Origin: Escherichia phage HK022
Strand: one strand, 5' to 3'
DNA length: 40,751 bases
Sequence record: NC_002166.1
The stretch's first letter is position 1. Every line of letters starts with the position of its first letter. Below the pieces are notes generated by a model. The model saw only the letters and a list, made by a program, of their open reading frames with translations. It was not told the DNA's origin and searched no databases. Positions 26,080 through 33,318 of this stretch are shown one piece after another. The position numbers were made by a program, and so were the translations under genes.

Positions 26080-26291
26080 GAATATCTCCTTCGTTACCGA
26101 TTAATTCTTTCATCTGACGAATGAATTCTTCGTCTGACCAGTTATCTGTAAAACTCATTTCCTGCGATACCATGGAAGGTTGATAGCTGATTTCATCGCT
26201 TTATTTGCTTCAAGCCACATTTTTGAATCACCAATAAATCTGGCTATTACTGCTTTGTTCTGTGCAGCACGAAGCATCTGGTGATTGATGG

Positions 26292-26426
26292 CTATTTCAT
26301 TGCGCATAACGCCTCCAGTTGTTTCTTTGCTGCTCTGATTAATTGTTTAACTCGGCGTGATAATTCAGATTCGTGCGGGTAGAAAGCGGACATGACGCCG
26401 CTACCCGCGAGCTGAAAGTGCATCAT
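26292..26426 (-). CDS. cIII: CIII-like protein
   Basis: 44 aa from tandem ATGs at 26426/26423 with AAGGAG 6 nt upstream; central HESELSRRVKQLIRAAKK resembles the lambda CIII amphipathic core (PSESLLERITRKLRDGWKR). Confidence 0.5.
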   Translation of the reverse strand: MMHFQLAGSGVMSAFYPHESELSRRVKQLIRAAKKQLEALCAMK

Positions 26427-26492
26427 GGGTAACTCCTTATATTTGATTGCATAACGAAAACGCCTCGAGTGAAGCGTTATTGTTATGCATAT

Positions 26493-26516
26493 AAAAAGGC
26501 CCTCACATCGGAGGGC
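26493..26516 (-). terminator. rho-independent terminator upstream of cIII-like gene (tL1-like)
   Basis: GCCCTC-cgatgt-GAGGGCC hairpin followed by T5 on the minus strand. Confidence 0.5.
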
Positions 26517-26600
26517 AAAGAAGATTTCCAATAATCAGAACAAGTCGGCTCCTGTTTAGTTACGAGCGACATTGCTCCGTGTATTCACTCGTTGGAATGA

Positions 26601-27657
26601 GGCTTTGTTGAATAAATCAGATTTCGGGTAAGTCTCCCCCGTAGCGGGTTGTGTTTTCAGGCAATACGCACGCTTTCAGGCATACCTGCTTTCGTCATTT
26701 TGTTCAGCGCTCGTACCAGGGCCATAGCCTCTGCAACCTGACCATCGTAGTCACGCAGTGTCAGTGAACCCCCGAACAGCTGTTTTACCCGGTACATCGC
26801 CGTTTCCGCTATCGAGCGACGGTTGTAATCTGTTGTCCATTTCCACCGCGCATTACTCCCGGTCATTCGCTGATTAGCCACTGCACGGTTACGGTCTGCA
26901 TATTCACCGGGCCAGTAACCCGCACCTTTTCGGGGAGGGATAAGCGCGCTGATTTTCTTACGCCGCAGTTCATCGTGACATAGCCGGGTATCGTAAGCGC
27001 CATCGGCGGCGGCTGACCTGATTTTCCGGTGGGTTTGCCGGATTAACCCGGGGAAGGCCTCTGAGTCCGTAACGTTGTTCAGCGACAGGTCAGCGCAGAT
27101 GATTTCATGTGTTTTACTGTCAACGGCGAGATGCAGCTTACGCCAGATACGGCGGCGTTCCTGGCCATGCTTTTTGACTTTCCACTCGCCTTCACCGAAG
27201 ACCTTCAGCCCGGTGGAATCAATTACCAGGTGTGCGATTTCACCCCGGGTGGGCGTTTTGAAACTGACATTAACCGACTTTGCCCGCCTGCTGACACAGC
27301 TGTAATCCGGGCAGCGTAGCGGAACGTTCATCAGAGAAAAAATGGAATCAATAAAGCCCTGCGCAGCGCGCAGGGTCAGCCTGAATACGCGTTTAATGAC
27401 CAGCACAGTCGTGATGGCAAGGTCAGAATAGCGCTGAGGTCTGCCTCGTGAAGAAGGTGTTGCTGACTCATACCAGGCCTGAATAGCTTCATCATCCAGC
27501 CAGAAAGTTATGGAGCCACGGTTGATGAGGGCTTTATTGTAGGTGGGCCAGTTGGTGATTTTGAACTTTTGCTTTGCCACGGAACGGTCTGCGTTGTCGG
27601 GAAGATACGTGATCTGATCCTTCAACTCAGCAAAAGTTCGATTTATTCAACAAAGCC
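26601..27657 (-). mobile_element. IS903-like insertion sequence (IS5 family), 1057 bp
   Basis: Perfect 18-bp terminal inverted repeats GGCTTTGTTGAATAAATC (26601..26618 and 27640..27657); flanked by 9-bp direct repeat TTGGAATGA (26592..26600 and 27658..27666). Confidence 0.9.
26657..27580 (-). CDS. IS903-type transposase
   Basis: 307 aa from GTG at 27580 (track extends to a TTG at 27625); ends ...MTKAGMPESVRIA as in IS903 transposase. Confidence 0.85.
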   Translation of the reverse strand: MAKQKFKITNWPTYNKALINRGSITFWLDDEAIQAWYESATPSSRGRPQRYSDLAITTVLVIKRVFRLTLRAAQGFIDSIFSLMNVPLRCPDYSCVSRRAKSVNVSFKTPTRGEIAHLVIDSTGLKVFGEGEWKVKKHGQERRRIWRKLHLAVDSKTHEIICADLSLNNVTDSEAFPGLIRQTHRKIRSAAADGAYDTRLCHDELRRKKISALIPPRKGAGYWPGEYADRNRAVANQRMTGSNARWKWTTDYNRRSIAETAMYRVKQLFGGSLTLRDYDGQVAEAMALVRALNKMTKAGMPESVRIA

Positions 27658-27724
27658 TTGGAATGAATACACAGTGCAGTGTTTATTCTGTTGTTTGCGT
27701 GAAAATGAAACCCGCCTGAGCGGG

Positions 27725-28063
27725 TTATGACCACTTTTTGTTTGGGTTTCGCTGGTGAGCGTGATTAACAACTCTGTGCATTACATCCTCATATTTTTCA
27801 TCTTCAATTTTTTCGACATCGCGAGGAAATGGTGTTGCTAATGCTTTGTCAACTTTGTCCATTGGGTCTTCATTAATCTTATATTCAGGACCGTCATCTA
27901 TAGCATTAAATCCAGGTGTCACACCGTTTTTTAATGCATATGCTATCCTTTTTTCCCATCTCGCTATTCTCCTCCTGTCTCGAGATGTAAGACCTCTATC
28001 AGATACTTTTCTGTTTTGTCCGCTGTCAGGATTAACATAAATAGTCTTTTTCACCATAAGCAT
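27725..28063 (-). CDS. nun: Nun-like arginine-rich transcription termination factor (N-position protein)
   Basis: 112 aa from first ATG (track start 28069 is TTG); arginine-rich motif RKVSDRGLTSRDRRRIARWEKR; acidic centre; C-terminus ...NPNKKWS; no SD, as for N-like genes. Confidence 0.75.
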   Translation of the reverse strand: MLMVKKTIYVNPDSGQNRKVSDRGLTSRDRRRIARWEKRIAYALKNGVTPGFNAIDDGPEYKINEDPMDKVDKALATPFPRDVEKIEDEKYEDVMHRVVNHAHQRNPNKKWS

Positions 28064-28239
28064 ACCCAATAAGCACCGTACGGTAGTTTACTGTACAATT
28101 TTATTTTTTGGACTGCATGTATTTTGTTTCCTAATGGGTTTGAATCTTTGCAATAAATACTTCTATTTTTTCGAACGACTTCTATATCAAAAAGCTGCTT
28201 TGCTTTTTGTGACTAAAAGCAAAAAAGCCTTCTCGCTAA

Positions 28240-28310
28240 TGAGCAGCATTGCCGTTCATCCTGAACCCGCCGCGCTCCCGACGCATGGTTTAAAGACGCG
28301 CCGTTCGTCT
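28240..28310 (-). promoter_or_regulatory. putL-like cis-acting RNA element
   Basis: GC-rich segment immediately downstream of the predicted pL start, sharing sequence blocks with the element at 29460..29520. Confidence 0.5.
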
Positions 28311-28315
28311 ATGGG

Positions 28316-28344
28316 CTTATGATGTACTTAAAGTTCATTAATGT
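28316..28344 (-). promoter_or_regulatory. candidate pL promoter
   Basis: minus-strand TTGGTA (-35), 17-nt spacer, TATAAG (-10); flanked by operator-like repeats. Confidence 0.4.
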
Positions 28345-28421
28345 AAAGTACCAATAGTACATTTTATGGGTATAAAAAGCTCACTACATCATAAGTTAGT
28401 GAACTTTAAGGAAATTTATTT

Positions 28422-29129
28422 TTATCCGAATCGCTTGTAATCGATTGACTGCCTAATGAGGACTTTGGCTAGAATGTGAAGTTGCTCTTCTTCACCTTCT
28501 TCTATGTACCATCGATCATAAGCGGCATTGTCAGAGATGACGGCAAGCCTGTTCTTTTGCATTTGCAGGCGCTTAACGTGCATTGTTTTCCCGTATACAA
28601 ACACATAAATGCCATCGCCATCAAAACAGGTTATGGATACATCAACAAAGATCTCATCTCCCGGATTGATGGTTCCCTCCATGCTGTCACCGCGAACCGT
28701 GATGACTTTTACGCTTTCCTGTGGCCTTCCATTAAATAAAATTCTTGCCTGCTCGGTCGTATATTCAATTGCTCTTATCTTTTCTATAAATTCATTGGAA
28801 ACCATGGTTCCTGGCCCGGCGCTCGCCTGAACATCCAATACATCAACACGATAATAATCATTTGATCTTGATAGATGATTTACCGTGATACCGTCATCAT
28901 CAGCATAGCCATGCAGATATGCAGCAGTAGTTCCCAGCACCGAAGCCAGAGATTCCATCTTGTCTTTTCTTGGTATTGACTCCCCGTTGAACCATTTACT
29001 AATGGCTTTTGGTGTGACCTTAAGCCTGACAGCTAAATCAGCCTGCCTACCATGCAAAGGTAATCCCGCTTTATCACAGGCCAGCGCAAGCCTCTGCGAG
29101 AAAGTTTCACGCTCTTTCTGTTGAACCAT
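28422..29129 (-). CDS. cI: CI-type repressor (HTH + S24 LexA-like peptidase domain)
   Basis: 235 aa from ATG 29129; N-terminal HTH, Ala-Gly cleavage site (ASAGPG), catalytic Ser in GDSMEG and Lys in HVKRL; longer track ORF would overlap pR and cro. Confidence 0.85.
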   Translation of the reverse strand: MVQQKERETFSQRLALACDKAGLPLHGRQADLAVRLKVTPKAISKWFNGESIPRKDKMESLASVLGTTAAYLHGYADDDGITVNHLSRSNDYYRVDVLDVQASAGPGTMVSNEFIEKIRAIEYTTEQARILFNGRPQESVKVITVRGDSMEGTINPGDEIFVDVSITCFDGDGIYVFVYGKTMHVKRLQMQKNRLAVISDNAAYDRWYIEEGEEEQLHILAKVLIRQSIDYKRFG

Positions 29130-29136
29130 AAGTTCA
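29122..29136. promoter_or_regulatory. operator-like palindrome TGAACCATAAGTTCA (copy 1)
   Basis: 15-bp sequence with perfect TGAAC/GTTCA arms; centre overlaps the cI ATG. Confidence 0.45.
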
Positions 29137-29149
29137 ACTATATTAGGTA

Positions 29150-29178
29150 TTGACTGTACTATCAGTTCCGTCATAATA
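29150..29178 (+). promoter_or_regulatory. candidate pR promoter
   Basis: TTGACT (-35), 16-17 nt spacer, CATAAT/ATAATA (-10), 30 nt upstream of cro ATG. Confidence 0.55.
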
Positions 29179-29193
29179 TGAACCATAAGTTCA
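29179..29193. promoter_or_regulatory. operator-like palindrome TGAACCATAAGTTCA (copy 2)
   Basis: Identical 15-mer directly downstream of the pR -10 element. Confidence 0.45.
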
Positions 29194-29208
29194 CCACAGG
29201 AGAGAAGC

Positions 29209-29439
29209 ATGAACGAAGTTACGTTTGGAGAAGTTATCAAATCCGTTCGAGTTTCTGTTGTGGCTGATGTTTGTGGACTTACGCCAAAAGCCATCTATAA
29301 GTGGCTTGAGCGTGGTTCTCTGCCGCGTACCGAGTTCACTGGTGAAACCGAATATGCGGATAAGATCGCCAAGGCATCAGGCGGCAAGTACTCAGCAGCA
29401 CAGATTCGCCGTATCGGTAAACAGCAGTTTGTTATGTAA
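29209..29439 (+). CDS. cro: Cro-like repressor
   Basis: 76 aa; AGGAGA RBS; HTH (GLTPKAIYKWLERG); divergent from cI across the operator region. Confidence 0.7.
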   Translation: MNEVTFGEVIKSVRVSVVADVCGLTPKAIYKWLERGSLPRTEFTGETEYADKIAKASGGKYSAAQIRRIGKQQFVM

Positions 29440-29459
29440 TAAAAATGTACTTTTAGTAC

Positions 29460-29520
29460 CGAACGGCCCGGTATACGGTCGGGTGCCCGGCGTGGTCAAG
29501 GATGACTGTCAATGGTGCAC
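29460..29520 (+). promoter_or_regulatory. putR-like cis-acting RNA element
   Basis: GC-rich structured segment between cro and cII; shares CGAACGGC, GTCGGG, GCCCGGCG and GGTCAAGGATGACTGTCAATGGTGC-like blocks with 28240..28310. Confidence 0.5.
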
Positions 29521-29560
29521 GATAAAAACCCAAATTATTTACCTATGGAGATAGTAAGAA

Positions 29561-29857
29561 ATGACACAAACAAGTTACAGCAAGCCAACACAGCGAGAAA
29601 TTGATCGCGCTGAAACTGATTTACTCATCAACCTGTCAACGCTTACCCAGCGCGGTCTGGCAAAGATGATTGGCTGTCATGAATCGAAGATAAGCAGAAC
29701 GGACTGGAGATTTATTGCTTCGGTCTTGTGTGCTTTCGGAATGGCATCAGACATCAGTCCGATTAGCAGGGCTTTTAAGTATGCGCTTGATGAAATCACA
29801 AAGAAAAAATCCCCGGCCGCCACCGAGGATTTTAAGCAAATTGATATGCAATTCTGA
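29561..29857 (+). CDS. cII: CII transcriptional activator
   Basis: 98 aa; C-terminus [18 protein letters not shown] parallels lambda CII KKRPAATERSEQIQMEF; GGAGA RBS. Confidence 0.85.
   Translation: MTQTSYSKPTQREIDRAETDLLINLSTLTQRGLAKMIGCHESKISRTDWRFIASVLCAFGMASDISPISRAFKYALDEITKKKSPAATEDFKQIDMQF
29570..29583 (-). promoter_or_regulatory. candidate CII-binding site of a pRE-like promoter (TTGC-N6-TTGT)
   Basis: minus-strand TTGCTGTAACTTGT within the first codons of cII, same position as the lambda TTGC-N6-TTGC. Confidence 0.35.
29804..29828 (-). terminator. candidate terminator of an oop-like antisense RNA
   Basis: minus-strand CCTCGG-uggcgg-CCGGGG hairpin followed by ATTTTTT, inside the 3' end of cII. 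Confidence 0.35.
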
Positions 29858-29889
29858 GGGAATTACTGGATCAATCCACAGGAGTAATT

Positions 29890-30036
29890 ATGACAAAACA
29901 ACTCAGTCCTTACCAGGACAAAATTCACAAACACATACTACGTGATCGCTTCCTGTCCAGCTTCAAGCAGCCTGGTCGATTCCGGGCTGAGTTGGAAAAA
30001 GTGAAGCTGATGCAGAAGGAGAAAGGTCATGAGTAA
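29890..30036 (+). CDS. hypothetical small protein (48 aa) between cII and the O-like gene
   Basis: GGAG 5 nt upstream of ATG 29890; stop overlaps the O-like start; basic protein; below track cut-off. Confidence 0.35.
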   Translation: MTKQLSPYQDKIHKHILRDRFLSSFKQPGRFRAELEKVKLMQKEKGHE

Positions 30037-30928
30037 CATATCTAATCTAGCCGAAGCCAGAGAGGCCAGAAGGCTACAACAACCGCATCAAAGCAGCGGT
30101 AAGGGGTATGCCTTGCTGCACCGTAAAATTATGGATGTGCCGTTTTACAAGGATGCAGAAGCAGCGCATCTGTGGGTTCACTTAATCCTCAAAGCAAAGC
30201 ATACGCCTGAGTATGTAATGACTGACGCAGGAGAAATTCTGGTAGGTAGAGGGAAGCTACTTGGCGGTAGAAACTCTCTGGCGTTTGAAACAGGGCTCAA
30301 ACCAGATCGCGTTCAGTACCTGCTTAGAAAGTTCAAAAAACTCGGCATGATTGACTGGGTTTCACACGGTAAATTCTCAGTTTTCTCGGTAGAGAAATAT
30401 GACGATTATCAGTCAAATTTTGTACCAGCAGATTACCAGCAAATTACCACCTCAAAGCCAGCAATATCAATGTCTGTAAGCAATACTGTCCCAGCAGATT
30501 ACCAGCAAATTACCACAGATAAAGAATATAATAATATTATCTCTAATACTGACGTATTAGAGAGTGCCACAGCAGACAAAAAGTCTGACAAGAAAAAACC
30601 TTCCGTTAGCTGTCAGGATGTTGTCGATGCTTACCACGAAATCCTTCCTGAAGCGCCAAGAATCCGCGCACTGAATGACAAGCGTAAAAACCAGATCCGA
30701 ACGTTCTGGCGCAAAGCCGGAGTGATAACCCGCCAGCTTGACGGGCATGGGTTCACGATGCAGGACTGGAGAAATTATTTGAGCTACGTAGGCGAAAATT
30801 GCCGATGGATGTTCGAAGAGCGTCCAAACCATCAACGCGGAACCGTCTGGCACAAAAAGGGATTTGATTTCCTGCTTAACGATAATACCTACCTGAAAGT
30901 TCGTGAGGGTGAACACGATGACCGATAA
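30029..30928 (+). CDS. replication initiator (O-like / P22 gp18-like)
   Basis: 299 aa; contains the iteron array inside its coding sequence (repeated peptide [10 protein letters not shown]); followed by the helicase gene. Confidence 0.75.
   Translation: MSNISNLAEAREARRLQQPHQSSGKGYALLHRKIMDVPFYKDAEAAHLWVHLILKAKHTPEYVMTDAGEILVGRGKLLGGRNSLAFETGLKPDRVQYLLRKFKKLGMIDWVSHGKFSVFSVEKYDDYQSNFVPADYQQITTSKPAISMSVSNTVPADYQQITTDKEYNNIISNTDVLESATADKKSDKKKPSVSCQDVVDAYHEILPEAPRIRALNDKRKNQIRTFWRKAGVITRQLDGHGFTMQDWRNYLSYVGENCRWMFEERPNHQRGTVWHKKGFDFLLNDNTYLKVREGEHDDR
30425..30516. repeat. candidate replication origin iterons
   Basis: Two perfect 26-nt direct repeats CCAGCAGATTACCAGCAAATTACCAC (30425..30450 and 30491..30516), each with two 11-nt sub-iterons, followed by an AT-rich stretch (30517..30545). 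Confidence 0.55.
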
Positions 30929-32354
30929 TTTTTATGCGCCGCCCCATAGCATCGAGGCAGAGCAGGCGGTGATTGGTGGATTGCTTCTGGATGATGACAG
31001 CAGTGAGCGCGTCCAGAAAGTCCTGGCGATGCTGAAGCCTGATTCATTTTACAGCCGACCACACAAAATCATTTTCGAAGAAATAACCAGAATGCACCGG
31101 GAGCAAAAGCCAGTAGATGGCCTGACGCTTTTCGATGAACTGGAGCGTAAATCGTTAACGGCGTCTGTTGGCGGTTTTGCTTATATCGCTGAGATCGCAA
31201 AGAACACGCCAAGCGCAGCAAACATCGTTGCCTATGCAATGCAGGTTCGAGAAACCGCAATGGAACGCTACGCCATCAACCGCATGACTGAAGCGACGGA
31301 ATTGCTCTATTCCCGCAACGGAATGACTGCAACGCAGAAGTACGAAGCTATTCAGTCGATTTTCACGCAACTGACAGACCATGCAAAAACCGGATCGCGT
31401 CGCGGCCTTCGTTCATTTGGTGAGGTCATGGAAGACTGGGTTAGCGACCTTGAGAAGCGATTTGACCCATCAGGCGAACAACGGGGAATGAGCACAGGGA
31501 TCCCATCGCTGGACAGGATGCTGTCACCGAAAGGTCTGGTGAAAGGCTCTCTGTTTGTCATTGGCGCTCGCCCTAAGATGGGTAAAACGACGCTATACAG
31601 CCAGATGGCAATCAACTGCGCAGTGCATGAGAAAAAGCCCGCTCTGATGTTCAGCCTTGAAATGCCCGGTGACCAGATACTGGAAAAACTGGTGGGACAG
31701 AAGTCAGGTGTTAACCCGAATATTTTTTACCTTCCGGCGACAAATGACGCTGATGACGGCTATCAGGGTGATTACGATGGTGACTTCAACAGGGCGATCG
31801 AAACAGCAAATCGCTTGAGTGAAATCGATATGCTTTACATCGACGACACGCCTGGATTATCTCTGGCACAAATCGTCAGCGAAAGCCGTCGAATCAAGCG
31901 AGAAAAAGGATGTGTTGGCATGATTCTGGTCGATTACCTGACACTAATGACCGCTGAGAAGGCCGATCGTAACGACCTTGCTTACGGCATGATCACCAAA
32001 GGATTGAAGAACCTTGCCAAAGAGCTTGATTGCGTTGTTGTGCTTCTGACACAGCTTAACCGCGCACTGGAAAGCCGAACCAATAAACGCCCATTACCAA
32101 GTGACTCGCGCGATACAGGGCAGATTGAACAGGATTGCGATTATTGGGTGGGGATCCATCGTGAAGGTGCTTTTGATGACAGTGTTCCACCTGGTGAAAC
32201 CGAACTAATCCTTCGTCTCAATCGTCATGGCAATACCGGCACGGTGTATTGCATTCAGGCAAATGGCGCTATTTATGACACAGACCAACAGTCTGCTGAA
32301 ATGCGCCGCCGTGAACGCGAGGAACCGCAATCCAAGAAGAAAGGAGGATTCTGA
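30918..32354 (+). CDS. replicative DNA helicase (DnaB family)
   Basis: 478 aa from ATG 30918 (GAGGG RBS); Walker A GARPKMGKTT and DnaB-like C-terminal domain. Confidence 0.9.
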   Translation: MTDNFYAPPHSIEAEQAVIGGLLLDDDSSERVQKVLAMLKPDSFYSRPHKIIFEEITRMHREQKPVDGLTLFDELERKSLTASVGGFAYIAEIAKNTPSAANIVAYAMQVRETAMERYAINRMTEATELLYSRNGMTATQKYEAIQSIFTQLTDHAKTGSRRGLRSFGEVMEDWVSDLEKRFDPSGEQRGMSTGIPSLDRMLSPKGLVKGSLFVIGARPKMGKTTLYSQMAINCAVHEKKPALMFSLEMPGDQILEKLVGQKSGVNPNIFYLPATNDADDGYQGDYDGDFNRAIETANRLSEIDMLYIDDTPGLSLAQIVSESRRIKREKGCVGMILVDYLTLMTAEKADRNDLAYGMITKGLKNLAKELDCVVVLLTQLNRALESRTNKRPLPSDSRDTGQIEQDCDYWVGIHREGAFDDSVPPGETELILRLNRHGNTGTVYCIQANGAIYDTDQQSAEMRRREREEPQSKKKGGF

Positions 32355-32435
32355 TGACCATCTACATCACTGAGCTAATAGCAGGGTTATCGTTACTAAT
32401 GGTTCTTACTGTATATATTATTAAGTATATTCTTT

Positions 32436-33047
32436 ATGCGAATAAAAAAACTAATTGATCACGATGAGCTTCTGTCAACATTATCATATGACTCAGAAAC
32501 AGGAATATTTAAATGGCTAAAAACAAATTCAGTAGTAAGAGTAAAAGGTAGTATTGCTGGAGGTGTTAGTGGTGGTTATATATGCATTAGCATAAATAAT
32601 GTTTTGTATTATGCGCATAGACTTGCTTGGTTCTATGTATACAAAAAATGGCCTCCTAAGTTTATTGATCATGTAAATGGGAACAGACTTGACAATAGGA
32701 TTTCAAATCTAAGACTGGCAACAGAAGAGCAGAATGCAAGAAACATTGTAGGGAATAGATTAAACACATCCGGTGCAATTGGAGTGTCTTGGTATAAGCC
32801 AACTGGCAGGTGGAAGTCTTATGTTGGTTATAAAAATAAGACAATATCGTTAGGGTATTTCGATAGCAAAGAAGATGCAGCATTCATAGCAGCACTAGCA
32901 AGAAAGAAACTATATGGAACTTATGCGAGTAAAGCACTTAATTGCGAGCATGAGCTTTTATCTCAATTTAATAATGATGAGGATAAACTTGCGGAATATC
33001 TTAAGGAAAAATCTAAAAGGACTCGAAAGCGTGTTAAAAACAGATAA
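32436..33047 (+). CDS. HNH endonuclease with AP2-like DNA-binding domain
   Basis: 203 aa; HNH core (HRLAW...IDHVNGNRLDNRISNLRLAT..EQN) plus AP2-like segment (GVSWYKPTGRWKSYVGYKNKTISLGYF); region markedly AT-rich. Confidence 0.7.
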   Translation: MRIKKLIDHDELLSTLSYDSETGIFKWLKTNSVVRVKGSIAGGVSGGYICISINNVLYYAHRLAWFYVYKKWPPKFIDHVNGNRLDNRISNLRLATEEQNARNIVGNRLNTSGAIGVSWYKPTGRWKSYVGYKNKTISLGYFDSKEDAAFIAALARKKLYGTYASKALNCEHELLSQFNNDEDKLAEYLKEKSKRTRKRVKNR

Positions 33048-33049
33048 AG

Positions 33050-33076
33050 GCCTGCTGGTAATCGCAGGCCTTTTTA
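33050..33076 (+). terminator. rho-independent terminator
   Basis: GGCCTGC-tggtaat-GCAGGCC hairpin plus T5. Confidence 0.65.
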
Positions 33077-33094
33077 TTTGGGGGAGAGTAAATC

Positions 33095-33301
33095 GTGGTT
33101 GAGTTGATTTTCTCTGCATTGAGGCTTCTCGGTGCTCTGTGGATGGTGGCGACGTTCATTGTGGTTGCTGGCTGTTTTGTCCGGTTGGTAGGCGAAGGTA
33201 AAGACCTGGTGGGTGTGCTTTTCGGTAGCATTTTCCTGTGGGTGATTATCGGTGTTATGCCTGTCGCTGTAGCCAAAATGGCGTGGCGTTTTGTGAGTTG
33301 A
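33095..33301 (+). CDS. small membrane protein (68 aa)
   Basis: GTG start with GGGGAGAG upstream; two hydrophobic helices. Confidence 0.4.
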   Translation: MVELIFSALRLLGALWMVATFIVVAGCFVRLVGEGKDLVGVLFGSIFLWVIIGVMPVAVAKMAWRFVS

Positions 33302-33318
33302 ACTGAGGGTAAGTATCG

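Noticed and set aside
25988-26173. 61-aa minus-strand track ORF upstream of erf
   Set aside because: Start has no usable RBS and its 3' half overlaps the 56-aa ORF (25909..26079) that has a strong AAGGAG RBS. One of the two is likely spurious and the track ORF looks weaker.
26427-26531. N-terminal extension of the cIII-like ORF to 79 aa
   Set aside because: No RBS at the upstream start, and the extension runs across the tL1-like terminator; tandem ATGs at 26426/26423 have a canonical RBS.
27075-27319. Plus-strand ORFs inside IS903
   Set aside because: Antisense to the transposase within a 1057-bp IS that encodes a single transposase.
28134-28322. 62-aa plus-strand ORF in the pL/put region
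   Set aside because: Region is better explained as the regulatory leader (pL, put-like RNA) transcribed on the opposite strand.
29130-29294. Upstream extension of cI to 290 aa
   Set aside because: Would overlap pR, both operator palindromes and the cro start; the 235-aa product from ATG 29129 matches CI-family length.
29225-29554. 109-aa plus-strand ORF overlapping cro in another frame
   Set aside because: Overlaps cro and the structured put-like element; Cys/Arg-rich out-of-frame composition.
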